Made by a program: the position numbers and the translations under genes | DNA from: Candidatus Latescibacterota bacterium | GTDB taxonomy: Bacteria > Latescibacterota > UBA2968 > GCA-2709665 | Direction: 5' to 3' | Assembly (NCBI GenBank): GCA_965208835.1 | Contig: OZ242358.1 | Location: 1,504,001-1,568,000 of the forward strand | Length of the DNA stretch: 64,000 nucleotides | Part shown: positions 10,154 through 18,968 of the stretch, piece by piece | How positions within the stretch are numbered: the first letter of the stretch is position 1 | Layout: each line of letters opens with the position of its first letter | Notes under the pieces: model-generated | Databases searched by the model: none | The model's input: only the letters and a program-made list of their open reading frames with translations | What the model was told of the DNA's origin: nothing

Positions 10154-10846
10154 TCGAGGAGAGAGGAAAGAGGAGTGAAGAGCGAGGAGAGAGGAAAGAG
10201 GAGTGAGGAGTGAGTAACGACAAAAAGCAGATCGGGAATCGCGAAAGGAAAGAGGAGTGAAGAGCGAGGAGAGAGGAAAGAGGAGTGAGGAGTGAGTAAC
10301 GACAAAAAGCAGATCGGGAATCGCGAAAGGAAAGAGGAGTGAAGAGCGAGGAGAGAGGAAAGAGGAGTGAGGAGTGAGTAACGACAAAAAGCAGATCGGG
10401 AATCGCGAAAGGAAAGAGGAGTGAAGAGCGAGGAGAGAGAAAAGAGGAGCGAGGAGAGAGTAACGGCAAAAAGCAGATCGGGAATCGCGAAAGGAAACAG
10501 GAGTGAAGAGCGAGGAGAGAGAAAAGAGGAGTGAGGAGAGAGTATCGACAAAAAGCAGATCGGGAATCGCGAAAGGAAAGAGGAGTGAAGAGCGAGGAGA
10601 GAGAAAAGAGGAGCGAGGAGAGAGAAAAGAGGAGCGAGGAGAGAGAAAAGAGGAGCGAGGAGAGAGTAACGGCAAAAAGCAGATCGGGAATCGCGAAAGG
10701 AAACAAGAGTGAAGAGCGAGGAGAGAGAAAAGAGGAGTGAGGAGAGTATCGACAAAAAGCAGATCGGGAAACGCGAAAGGAAAGTGGAGTGAGAGGCCTT
10801 TGACTCGTTTTCTCTCTTTTCTCACTTCTCTCCGCTCTCTCCTCGA
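10154..10846. repeat. 82-bp purine-rich tandem repeat (7 cores) inside 12-bp terminal inverted repeats
   Basis: Core CAAAAAGCAGATCGGGAA(T/A)CGCGAAAGGAAA at 10221, 10303, 10385, 10467, 10549, 10673 and 10753, separated by GAGGAGN-type heptamers. TCGAGGAGAGAG (10154-10165) is inverted at 10835-10846. Confidence 0.95.
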
Positions 10847-10906
10847 CTCGTTTCCCTTGTTCCTGCGACGCAAGGTCGTCAGGACGTCCTGGTGAAAGGA
10901 ATTTGA

Positions 10907-13024
10907 ATGTTGTTGTTTTTGCGAACGGGTTTGCTGGCCGTCATTTTTGTGGGGCTAATTTCGAGCACCTTGTTTGCCGCGGAGGATAAGGCCGACGAGG
11001 AAGCCGGGGATGACCTTCCCGTCTATGCGGGCGAAGAGATCGTGGTCACGGAGAGCAAGGAAAAAGTCGCCACGATCAGTTCCGTCGCCAGCAAGATCCC
11101 GGTCCCGTTGAATGCAACGCCCGCCAGCGTCAGCGTGGTCAACCGCGGCCTGATCGAACATCAGAGCGGCGTGGTCCTTGGCGATGCGCTTCGAAACGTG
11201 AGCGGCGTCAATGTGCAGACGGTGTTCGGCGTGACGGATTTCTTCGTGATTCGCGGATTCGACTCGCTGTCCAGCGGGCTGGTGCTGACGGACGGCGCTT
11301 CCGAGCCGGAGGCCACGTTCTACAATCTCTACAACCTGGATCGCGTGGAGGTGCTGAAGGGACCGGGTGCGTTTCTATATGGCGGCAATCCGCTGTCCGG
11401 ATCGGTGAATCTGAACCGGAAGCAGCCCGTCTTCAAGCGCATGTTCCAGGCCAGGGGCGCTTACGGGCCGTACGGGAACGTCCGCGGCAGCGTCGACGCG
11501 GGATGGGGGGACCCCGCGCGGGGCGTGGCCATGCGTTTCAACGGCCTCCGGCAGGTTGCGGACAACTACCGTGACGACAAGAGCAGCGGTATCTGGGCGT
11601 TGAACCCCGCCGTCACCGGGCGAAACGAAAGGACGACGGCCACGGCGAATTTCGAATACGTGACCAGCGAGTACAAGTCCGATTCGGGGCTGCCCGTGAC
11701 CGGAGGGCAACTGGTTGACGTGCCGCGGACCCGTTCCTATCAGTCTCCATTCGACGTTTCAGACCAGGAGATCTACCGCGTGCGGATGGATGTACAGACC
11801 CGGTTGTCTCCGCGGGTCACGCTGCGAAACAAACTGTATTATACGGATTTTTCCTGGATCTCCAACGGTACGCTTTTCAACGGTGTGTTTCCCAACGCCA
11901 CGGGCAGCCTGGACCTGTTCAGGACGCTATTGCTCCTCGACGACCGGCAGAAGGTGCTGGGCAATCAATTCGAGCTCGTGTTCTCCTTTTCCACTGGCCG
12001 GGCCAGGCATACGCTGCTGGCGGGTCTGGAACTGATGCGGTGGCAGGACAGGTTTACGCTGGACGTCGCGGTCCTTCCGAATATTGACCTGCATGTACCC
12101 GTCGAAACGGCCGCGCTGCCGTATTACGTCGTTCCCGGCCAGTCCCGCGCGGCCGATGCGTCGAGCGGCGTTGTTGCGCCCTTTGTCGTCGACCGGATCG
12201 TGTTTTCAGACTTTTTCCATGCGTTTGTTGGCGGCCGCTTCGACCGGATACGCTACGACGACCCGGTCACGTCGACGTCGAGGGCGTTCAACGAGCTCAG
12301 TCCGATGGCGGGCGTGGCGCTGAATCCCGCGGAGGACCTGACGTTCTATGCCAGCGCGGGCAAGGCTTTCGCCCCGCCATCGAGCCTCGTCGCGGGACCA
12401 CGGGACGTCGAGTCGGCCACGCAGTTCGAAGCTGGCGCGAAGAAATATCTCGTCGACAACCGCCTTCACGCGTCACTGGCCGTCTTCGATCTGCGGAAGT
12501 ACGACATCGGCATTCCGGATGAGACGGGTGTGACTCAACAGGACGGCGACCAGCGGTCGCGGGGTGTGGAGCTGGAGATGATGGCGCGTCCGGGGAGCGG
12601 GTGCCACGTCTTTCTGACGTACGCGTATTCCAACGCGGAACTGACGCGGTTTTCCGAAATGCTGACCGTACCCACGCCCACCGGGATGCAGTTCCGGCAC
12701 CTGGACAGGTCCGGCAACAGGCCGGCCTTTTCGCCGCGTCATATCCTGAATGTCTGGAGCGCGCTGGGCCTGGAAAACGGCATCGAACTGGGAATGGGCG
12801 CCAGGTACGTTGCCAGCCAGTTCATCGCCGAGGACAATCAGTTCAGTATCGGCGGCGTGCTGACGCTTGACGCTTCGGTATCGTACACGTACGGGCACGC
12901 GACAATCCGGTTGAATGCCCGGAACCTGACCGATCGCGAGTACGAGACCCGCGGATTCGGCGCGATGTCGGTGATTCCGGCGCCGCCTTTCGGTCTTTAC
13001 GGCGCCATTCAGGTCGACCTGTGA
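10907..13024 (+). CDS. TonB-dependent receptor (siderophore-receptor-like)
   Basis: Signal peptide, EEIVVT TonB box, DALRNVSGV, IRGF, RVEVLKGP, NLTDREY. Confidence 0.92.
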   Translation: MLLFLRTGLLAVIFVGLISSTLFAAEDKADEEAGDDLPVYAGEEIVVTESKEKVATISSVASKIPVPLNATPASVSVVNRGLIEHQSGVVLGDALRNVSGVNVQTVFGVTDFFVIRGFDSLSSGLVLTDGASEPEATFYNLYNLDRVEVLKGPGAFLYGGNPLSGSVNLNRKQPVFKRMFQARGAYGPYGNVRGSVDAGWGDPARGVAMRFNGLRQVADNYRDDKSSGIWALNPAVTGRNERTTATANFEYVTSEYKSDSGLPVTGGQLVDVPRTRSYQSPFDVSDQEIYRVRMDVQTRLSPRVTLRNKLYYTDFSWISNGTLFNGVFPNATGSLDLFRTLLLLDDRQKVLGNQFELVFSFSTGRARHTLLAGLELMRWQDRFTLDVAVLPNIDLHVPVETAALPYYVVPGQSRAADASSGVVAPFVVDRIVFSDFFHAFVGGRFDRIRYDDPVTSTSRAFNELSPMAGVALNPAEDLTFYASAGKAFAPPSSLVAGPRDVESATQFEAGAKKYLVDNRLHASLAVFDLRKYDIGIPDETGVTQQDGDQRSRGVELEMMARPGSGCHVFLTYAYSNAELTRFSEMLTVPTPTGMQFRHLDRSGNRPAFSPRHILNVWSALGLENGIELGMGARYVASQFIAEDNQFSIGGVLTLDASVSYTYGHATIRLNARNLTDREYETRGFGAMSVIPAPPFGLYGAIQVDL

Positions 13025-14298
13025 GTTCCTTCAACGCGGAGCCGGACAGGGACGAACTGGTCGAATCCCAGCTCCGTCGCCTGCGTGACATGCTTGTTCC
13101 TGTCTTGAGGGACAACGCGTTCTATAGAGAAAAGCTGACCGACGCCGGTCTTTCCGGCGCCGGAGACGTTCGGACCCTGGACGATTACCGGCGGCTACCC
13201 TTTACAACCAAGGCCGAACTGTCGGCCGACCAGGACGCGCACCCGCCGTACGGATCCAATCTGACGTATCGCCTTCGGGATTACGTCCGGGTCCATCAGA
13301 CGTCGGGCACGACGGGAAGGCCGCTGCGCTGGCTGGACACGCGTCAAAGCTGGGACTGGTTTGCCGGCTGCTGGCGGCGGGTTTTTGACGGTGCGGGAGT
13401 AACGCCCGATGACCGTCTGTTCTTCGCGTTCTCGTTCGGCCCGTTTATCGGGTTCTGGACGGCCCACGAAGCCGCGCGTCTGATCGGGGCGCTGGCCGTT
13501 ACGGGCGGATCGATGTCGTCGGTCCAGCGGCTTCAGGCCATGGATGAGCACCGGGCGACGGTTCTCATCTGCACGCCGACGTACGCGTTGCATCTGGCGG
13601 AGGTGGCCGAAACCGAAAGGATTGATATCGCGAACTCGAGTATTCGCGCCACGATCCACGCCGGGGAACCCGGGGCCGGTCTGCCGGCAACGAGGCGTCG
13701 GATCGAGGACGCCTGGGGCGCCACGTGTTACGACCACGCGGGCGCGACCGAGGTGGGGGCATGGGGGTACGAGTGCCGTGAACGGAACGGCATGCTCGTG
13801 AACGAGGCGGAGTTTATCTGCGAAGTGATCGATCCGGATTCAGGGGAACAGGCCGACGAGGGCGAGCTGGTGCTGACGAATCTGGGGCGCGTGGGGATGC
13901 CGGTGATCCGTTACCGCACCGGCGACCGCGTTAAGCGCGCAAAGGGGGCATGTCCATGCGGGTCCGGGTTTCTCCGGCTGGAAAACGGCGTGATCGGCCG
14001 CATCGACGGCGGGATCATCATCCGCGGGATCGTGATCTATCCGAGCGCCGTTGAAAACGTCGTCAGGACCTTTCCCGAAGTGACGGAGTTCGCGGTCGAC
14101 GTATACCGGCGGCGCTCCCTGGACGAAGTGGAGATCCGCCTGGAAGTCAGGGGAGAATCACCGGACTCCGTAGCCGGCGCCGTGGCGCGGGAGGCGAGAC
14201 GGAAGCTGGGGTTCCGTGTCGGGGTTCGTGCGGTAGACACGAACACGTTGCCCAGGTTCGAACTGAAGGCAAGACGGTTTACGGACCATCGGAGCTGA
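13021..14298 (+). CDS. Phenylacetate-CoA ligase family (PaaK-like) adenylating enzyme
   Basis: LPFTTK, HQTSGTTG, AGEPG, GATEVG, IRYRTGD, GRIDG. GTGA overlap with the TonB receptor. Confidence 0.9.
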   Translation: MSSFNAEPDRDELVESQLRRLRDMLVPVLRDNAFYREKLTDAGLSGAGDVRTLDDYRRLPFTTKAELSADQDAHPPYGSNLTYRLRDYVRVHQTSGTTGRPLRWLDTRQSWDWFAGCWRRVFDGAGVTPDDRLFFAFSFGPFIGFWTAHEAARLIGALAVTGGSMSSVQRLQAMDEHRATVLICTPTYALHLAEVAETERIDIANSSIRATIHAGEPGAGLPATRRRIEDAWGATCYDHAGATEVGAWGYECRERNGMLVNEAEFICEVIDPDSGEQADEGELVLTNLGRVGMPVIRYRTGDRVKRAKGACPCGSGFLRLENGVIGRIDGGIIIRGIVIYPSAVENVVRTFPEVTEFAVDVYRRRSLDEVEIRLEVRGESPDSVAGAVAREARRKLGFRVGVRAVDTNTLPRFELKARRFTDHRS

Positions 14299-14307
14299 GA
14301 AGATCAA

Positions 14308-15570
14308 ATGCGTTCAGACACCTACGACGTCATTGTGATCGGCGGCGGCCCCGCGGGGAGCACGACCGCGGCGCTGGTCGCCGAACACGGCCATCGCGTT
14401 CTGCTGCTCGAGCGGGCGAGGTTTCCCCGGTTTCAGATCGGCGAGTCGCTGATGCCGGGAACGTACTGGTCGTTCAAACGGCTGGGCGTTCTCGAAAAAC
14501 TGAAGAAGAGCGCGTACGTAAGGAAATACAGCGTGCAGTTCTTCGGCGCGTCGGGACGGGGGTCGGCGCCATTCTACTTCCATCGGCACGACCCGCACGA
14601 GAGCTCGGTCACGTGGCAGGTGCTCAGGAGTGAGTTCGACCGGATGATGCTGGAAAACGCCCGCGAGAAAGGGGCGTGCGTGAGGCAGGGAGCCGCTGTT
14701 CAGGAAGTCCTGTTCGACGGAGACCGGGCCTTCGGCGTCCGGACGAAATCCGGCGACGGCAACTTGCAGGATCTCCACGCCCGGGTGGTCGTGGATGCAA
14801 CGGGCCGCAGCGCGTTGATTTCCCGAAAGCTCGGGATCAAGACGGAGGAGCCCACGCTGAAGAAGGCGTCCCTGTTCACGCATTTCGAGCGCGGGTCCAG
14901 AGACGAGGGGATCGACGAAGGCGCAACCCTGATATTGCACACCCGGACGAAAGACGCGTGGTTCTGGTATATCCCGCTGGCCGGCGACGTCGTCAGCGTG
15001 GGGGTGGTTGGAGATATCGGCTATCTTGTGCAGAAACGGGAGGGAACGCCCCAGGAGATTTTCGAGGAGGAGCTGGACCGCTGCCCGCCGATGAAGGATC
15101 GGCTGGAGCGCGCTCGTCAGTTGTTTCCCATGAAGGTGACCAGTGATTTCTCCTATCGCGCCCGTTCGGTTTCGGGAGCGGGCTGGGTGCTGGTTGGCGA
15201 CGCCTACGGATTTCTCGATCCCGTCTATTCGTCCGGCGTGTTCCTTGCGCTTAAATCCGGCGAAATGGCGGCTGATGCGATTCATGAGGCAATTTTGAAC
15301 GACGATTTCTCCGCGAAACAACTCGGGAAGTGGGGTGACGTCTTTATTCCCGGAATGGAGGCCATACGAAAACTGGTTTATGCATTCTACACGAAGGAAT
15401 TCAGCTTCAGCCGGTTCCTGGAAGCCCATCCGGAGTGTCTTGACGGCATCGTGGATATTCTGAGCGGAAAGATCTACATCAACGACGTCACGCCAATCTT
15501 CGGACCGATGGGAAAGATGTGCGATCTCCCCGAAGACGTGGACGACTACGCAAAAGAAATTAAGAATTAA
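14308..15570 (+). CDS. Flavin-dependent halogenase-like protein (PltA/CndH type)
   Basis: IGGGPAG, FPRFQIGESL, Lys73, WFWYIP (WxWxIP), GDAYGFLDPVYSSGV (FxxPxxSxG). Confidence 0.82.
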   Translation: MRSDTYDVIVIGGGPAGSTTAALVAEHGHRVLLLERARFPRFQIGESLMPGTYWSFKRLGVLEKLKKSAYVRKYSVQFFGASGRGSAPFYFHRHDPHESSVTWQVLRSEFDRMMLENAREKGACVRQGAAVQEVLFDGDRAFGVRTKSGDGNLQDLHARVVVDATGRSALISRKLGIKTEEPTLKKASLFTHFERGSRDEGIDEGATLILHTRTKDAWFWYIPLAGDVVSVGVVGDIGYLVQKREGTPQEIFEEELDRCPPMKDRLERARQLFPMKVTSDFSYRARSVSGAGWVLVGDAYGFLDPVYSSGVFLALKSGEMAADAIHEAILNDDFSAKQLGKWGDVFIPGMEAIRKLVYAFYTKEFSFSRFLEAHPECLDGIVDILSGKIYINDVTPIFGPMGKMCDLPEDVDDYAKEIKN

Positions 15571-15590
15571 AAATTGAGAATTAAGAATTC
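15558..15590 (+). repeat. Heptamer array (AATTAAG)n, left boundary of the four-helix-bundle cassette
   Basis: aattaag aattaaa aattgag aattaag aattc, overlapping the halogenase stop codon. Confidence 0.85.
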
Positions 15591-15710
15591 AAACCTGACC
15601 CCAAAACGGGTCTGAGTCATTACGAGAGTCGGGAAGATACGCGAAACAAACGGCTGAAAGAATCGTCCACAGCCATTGGCAAAACGCTGAGCCCACACCT
15701 TCGCCGATAC

Positions 15711-15924
15711 TGTCATCCAGAGGAGGCCCCCAGGCAGTCGAAGTGTCCGCGCACATGTTCATCTACAACGGGCATGTACTACACGTACAATCGAGAATAC
15801 GGGAGATTCTTCGCTGCGCTCAGAATGACATGGTTTACCATTGTCATGCACCTGGCTTCCCGCTGTCATCCAGAGGACTTGCCCTGAGCCTGTCGAAGGG
15901 TGCCCTCAGGCCGACGAAGGATCT
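15711..15924. repeat. Cluster of REP-like palindromes
   Basis: TGTCATCCAGAGG at 15711 and 15864, GAGATTCTTCGCTGCGCTCAGAATGACA at 15803-15830, nested GCCCTGAGCCTGTCGAAGGG at 15881-15900. Confidence 0.65.
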
Positions 15925-15975
15925 ACTGCAGCATCGGATCATCATGAAAAAGCAATGGAGATTGAGAATTAAGAA

Positions 15976-16104
15976 TTGCGTTTGCTGAAAGATACCGGCT
16001 ATTTGTCGGAAAACGAGTTCGCCAGCATTCATTCCGATGCTGAAGAACAGTGTCGGCTTCTCGCAGCGATTCAGAAGACCTCGAAGGACAGACGCAGCGC
16101 CTGA
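15976..16104 (+). pseudogene. Diverged copy of the 3' third of the four-helix-bundle gene
   Basis: Aligns with 16401-16529 with 10 substitutions. Has its own inverted heptamer arrays at 15961-15978 and 16111-16138. Confidence 0.85.
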
Positions 16105-16166
16105 CTCTGGTTTTTAATTCTCAATTCTTAATTCCTAAGGTGACGGGGAGGGAATTGAGAGACGCA

Positions 16167-16535
16167 ATGAAGGATGGTAACATTGTTCAGGCAAAAGGCT
16201 ATGGATTTGCGGTTCGAATTGTAAGGCTCTATCAACACCTGTCAGCAGAAAAGAGAGAATTCGTACTTTCAAAGCAATTGTTACGCTCCGGAACCGGTAT
16301 TGGCGCGAACATTGAAGAGGCGATTGGTGGTCAGTCCCGAGCAGACTTTGTCAGCAAAATTGCCATCGCCTATAAAGAAGCTCGTGAAAGCAGCTATTGG
16401 TTGCGTTTACTGAAAGATACCGGCTATTTATCCGAAAACGAGTTCGCCAGCATCCACTCCGATGCTGAAGAACTCTGTCGGCTTCTCGCAGCGATTCAGA
16501 AGACCGCGAAGGACAGACGCAACGCCAGATCCTGA
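16167..16535 (+). CDS. Four helix bundle protein (23S rRNA IVP/bAvd-like family)
   Basis: LSKQLLRSGTGIGANIEEA...SRADFVSKIAIAYKEARESSYWLRLL signature, 122 aa, AT-richer than its neighbours. Confidence 0.92.
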   Translation: MKDGNIVQAKGYGFAVRIVRLYQHLSAEKREFVLSKQLLRSGTGIGANIEEAIGGQSRADFVSKIAIAYKEARESSYWLRLLKDTGYLSENEFASIHSDAEELCRLLAAIQKTAKDRRNARS

Positions 16536-16573
16536 TTCTTAATTCCTAATTCTTAATTCTCAATTCTTAATTG
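16535..16573 (-). repeat. Inverted heptamer array (AATTCTT)n, right of the four-helix-bundle gene
   Basis: Near reverse complement of 15558-15590. A further short array lies at 16859-16877. Confidence 0.85.
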
Positions 16574-16578
16574 CTTAC

Positions 16579-16662
16579 TTCCGATGCTGAAGAACTCTGT
16601 CGGCTTCTCGCAGCGATTCAGAAGACCGCGAAGGACAGACGCAGCGTCAGATCCTGATTCTT
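16579..16662 (+). pseudogene. Third copy of the four-helix-bundle gene 3' end
   Basis: TCCGATGCTGAAGAACTCTGTCGG...AGATCCTGATTCTT is nearly identical to 16458-16540. Confidence 0.85.
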
Positions 16663-16663
16663 G

Positions 16664-16785
16664 ACCTTGATTCGTATGTTTTTCGGTGACGTTAATTCGA
16701 ATAAGTTCGAGTTAATAAAGGCGATTAGACGGCGGATTCACAGGATACACCAGGTCACGGGACGTGCACTGAATGAACGTCCTTC
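16664..16785 (+). repeat. ~120-bp dispersed repeat, copy 1
   Basis: Inverted, diverged copy at 24876-24995. Shared blocks include ACCTTGATTCGTA, GACGTTAATTCGAATAAGT, GGCGATTAGA, CCAGGTCAC and GAACGTCCTTC. Confidence 0.85.
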
Positions 16786-16885
16786 TGAACGACATTTTCG
16801 CCCCGTTTCAGGTGTTCTCGTAGCGTCGCCGCGTTGCTGTTTTTTTCGAATTGGGGTTAATTCTTAATTCGTAATTGTTATTTCC

Positions 16886-18178
16886 ATGCGAATTGCCTAT
16901 ATCGCCGCCGGCGCGGCGGGGATGTATTGCGGGAGTTGCATTAACGACAATACGCTGGCATCGGCGCTCAGGCTGAAGGGAGTTGATCTGGCGCTGATTC
17001 CAACGTACACGCCGCTGCGGACCGATGGTCCCGACGCGAGCATCGACCGGGTGTTCTACGGTGGAATCAACGTCTATCTGCAGCAGAAGCTGGCGTTTTT
17101 TCGCCACGCGCCGGAACTCGTAGACCGCCTGATGAACGCGCGTACGCTGCTGAATTCGCTTTCCTGGTTCAGCGGATCCACGCGCGCTGAAGGTTTGGGG
17201 GCGCTCACGGTCTCGATATTGAAGGGGGAAGAGGGCGCCCAGAGAAAGGAACTTGAAAAGCTGGTTCGATGGCTAGAAGACGACCTGCGGCCGGACCTTG
17301 TTCATCTCACGAACTCCATGTTTCTGGGCATGGTACGTGAGATGAAGCGCGAATTGGGCGTTCCTGTTCTGTGTTCCGTTCAGGGGGAGGAGGTCTTTCT
17401 CGACGGGTTGGTCGAACCGTATCGAAACGAGGCGTTGAATGCGATGCGCGACCGGGCGCGCGACGTCGACGCGTTTGTGGCAACGTGCGACTGGTACGCG
17501 GCGTCGATGGCCGCGTATCTGAATGCGCCGCGCGATCGCTTCCATGTGGTTCCACTGGGCATCAGCATGGAGGGACACGGCACCTGGGAGCGGGCGCTGC
17601 CGGAAACCCCATTCACCGTCGGCTATATGGCCCGCATCGCGCCGGAGAAGGGACTGCATCTTCTGGCGGATGCCATGGGGCGGCTGGCGGAACAGGTTGG
17701 AAGCAGGAACATCAGACTGTTGGCGGCGGGTTATCTGGGTGGGCGTGAGAAGGCTTATTTTCATGAGGTGGTGTCGCTGATTGAGTCCCGCGGGCTTTCC
17801 AGTGTCTTCGAGTACCGGGGCGAGGTGGACCGGAAACAGAAGATCGAATTCCTGAACAGCGTCCATGTCCTGTCTGTGCCGACGCCGTACGAGGAGCCGA
17901 AAGGGTTGTTCGTACTGGAGGCGCTGGCTAACGGAACGCCCGTGGTTCAGCCGCGTCACGGCGCATTTCCGGAGCTTATTGAGCGCACCGGAGGAGGCAT
18001 CCTGGTCGATCCGGATTCCCCGGGGGCGCTGGCGGACGGGTTGTCCCGAATGATGAGAGACAGGGAGGCCCGGGAAGCCATGGGGAGAAACGGCCGCGCG
18101 GCCGTGCACCGGACGGCCAGCGACGCGTGCATGGCCGACGCCATGCTGGACGTCTATCGACGTTTCGTCGCGGGATGA
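16886..18178 (+). CDS. Glycosyltransferase family 4 with N-terminal GMYCGSC motif
   Basis: GT-B features ARIAPEKGL and EPKGLFVLEALANGTPVV. Confidence 0.9.
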   Translation: MRIAYIAAGAAGMYCGSCINDNTLASALRLKGVDLALIPTYTPLRTDGPDASIDRVFYGGINVYLQQKLAFFRHAPELVDRLMNARTLLNSLSWFSGSTRAEGLGALTVSILKGEEGAQRKELEKLVRWLEDDLRPDLVHLTNSMFLGMVREMKRELGVPVLCSVQGEEVFLDGLVEPYRNEALNAMRDRARDVDAFVATCDWYAASMAAYLNAPRDRFHVVPLGISMEGHGTWERALPETPFTVGYMARIAPEKGLHLLADAMGRLAEQVGSRNIRLLAAGYLGGREKAYFHEVVSLIESRGLSSVFEYRGEVDRKQKIEFLNSVHVLSVPTPYEEPKGLFVLEALANGTPVVQPRHGAFPELIERTGGGILVDPDSPGALADGLSRMMRDREAREAMGRNGRAAVHRTASDACMADAMLDVYRRFVAG

Positions 18179-18239
18179 TCGGCCCGTCGGGGGCGGTCGC
18201 CGCGGCGATTTAAAATCGTAGTACGAAGGAGGAGATTCT

Positions 18240-18740
18240 ATGCCGGCCGAACAGGCATCGACGCCAGGGCTGACGTGGCTGATATTCGCCGCCATGACGG
18301 TAGGATCGTGGGGACTGTACGGGATTTTTCTGCATACCGGGCAGATTGCAATGGCCGATCCCGTGAACGGACGGTACAAAGCGTTTCTGCTCGTGGGCGT
18401 GGCATATCTGTTGACCGCCGTAATCGGTTCAATGGTCGTTCTGTGGTTGAACGGCTCGGACTGGTCGTTTCCCGCGCGCGGGTTCACCTGGTCTCTGCTC
18501 GCCGGTACCGTGGGTGCGATCGGCGCATTCGGCGTCCTGCTCGCGTTCGGCGCCCGTGGCACGCCTGCCGTGGTGATGTCGATCGTATTCGCGGGCGCTC
18601 CCATTGTAAACGCCGTAGTGTCGATGGCGGTACACCCGCCCGCCGGTGGATGGGGCGCGTTGAACTGGCAGTTCGTGCTGGGTATCGTACTCGCGGCGAT
18701 GGGGGGGTGCCTCGTAACGCTCTTCAAGCCGGCGTCGTGA
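18240..18740 (+). CDS. Small integral membrane protein (about 5 TM, DMT/EamA-like)
   Basis: Five hydrophobic segments, WGLYG near the N-terminus, GGAGG RBS. Confidence 0.75.
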   Translation: MPAEQASTPGLTWLIFAAMTVGSWGLYGIFLHTGQIAMADPVNGRYKAFLLVGVAYLLTAVIGSMVVLWLNGSDWSFPARGFTWSLLAGTVGAIGAFGVLLAFGARGTPAVVMSIVFAGAPIVNAVVSMAVHPPAGGWGALNWQFVLGIVLAAMGGCLVTLFKPAS

Positions 18741-18750
18741 AGCAGCAGAG

Positions 18751-18785
18751 GCAGCGATCAGCCGTCAGCTCTCAGCAAACAGCAA
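18751..18785 (+). repeat. Heptamer array (TCAGCNN)n
   Basis: gcagcga tcagccg tcagctc tcagcaa acagcaa. Inverted relative at 27975-27998. Confidence 0.65.
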
Positions 18786-18823
18786 AAGGCGAAAACCGTA
18801 TCGCGTGACGTCAGCGCTATTGT

Positions 18824-18930
18824 CCGGGCGCCCACAAGGGACGCCCCTACCAATGCAACATCGGCTCGGAAACACGAGAGATCAATTCAAGGACCTTTGG
18901 TTTGTAGGGGCGTCCCTTGTGGGCGCCCGG
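18824..18930. repeat. GTAG-type REP pair (perfect 27-bp inverted repeat)
   Basis: GTAGGGGCGTCCCTTGTGGGCGCCCGG at 18904-18930 and its exact reverse complement at 18824-18850. Confidence 0.88.
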
Positions 18931-18968
18931 CCTCCGGCGGGTTGGAAGGGTCTCTGAGAGGAAGTAAT

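Noticed and set aside
10154-10800. CRISPR array
   Set aside because: The sequences between the cores are near-identical low-complexity heptamers rather than unique spacers, and no cas genes are present.
10087-10873. Ser/Leu-rich and Glu/Arg-rich ORFs over the repeat
   Set aside because: Several frames stay open only because of the purine/pyrimidine bias. The 82-bp period is not a multiple of 3.
15976-16535. Diversity-generating retroelement TR/VR pair with an Avd-like gene
   Set aside because: The mismatches are not adenine-specific (C/T, C/G and G/T occur) and no reverse transcriptase is in the window.
16167-16535. 23S rRNA intervening sequence
   Set aside because: The flanks are protein-coding genes and no rRNA sequence is present.
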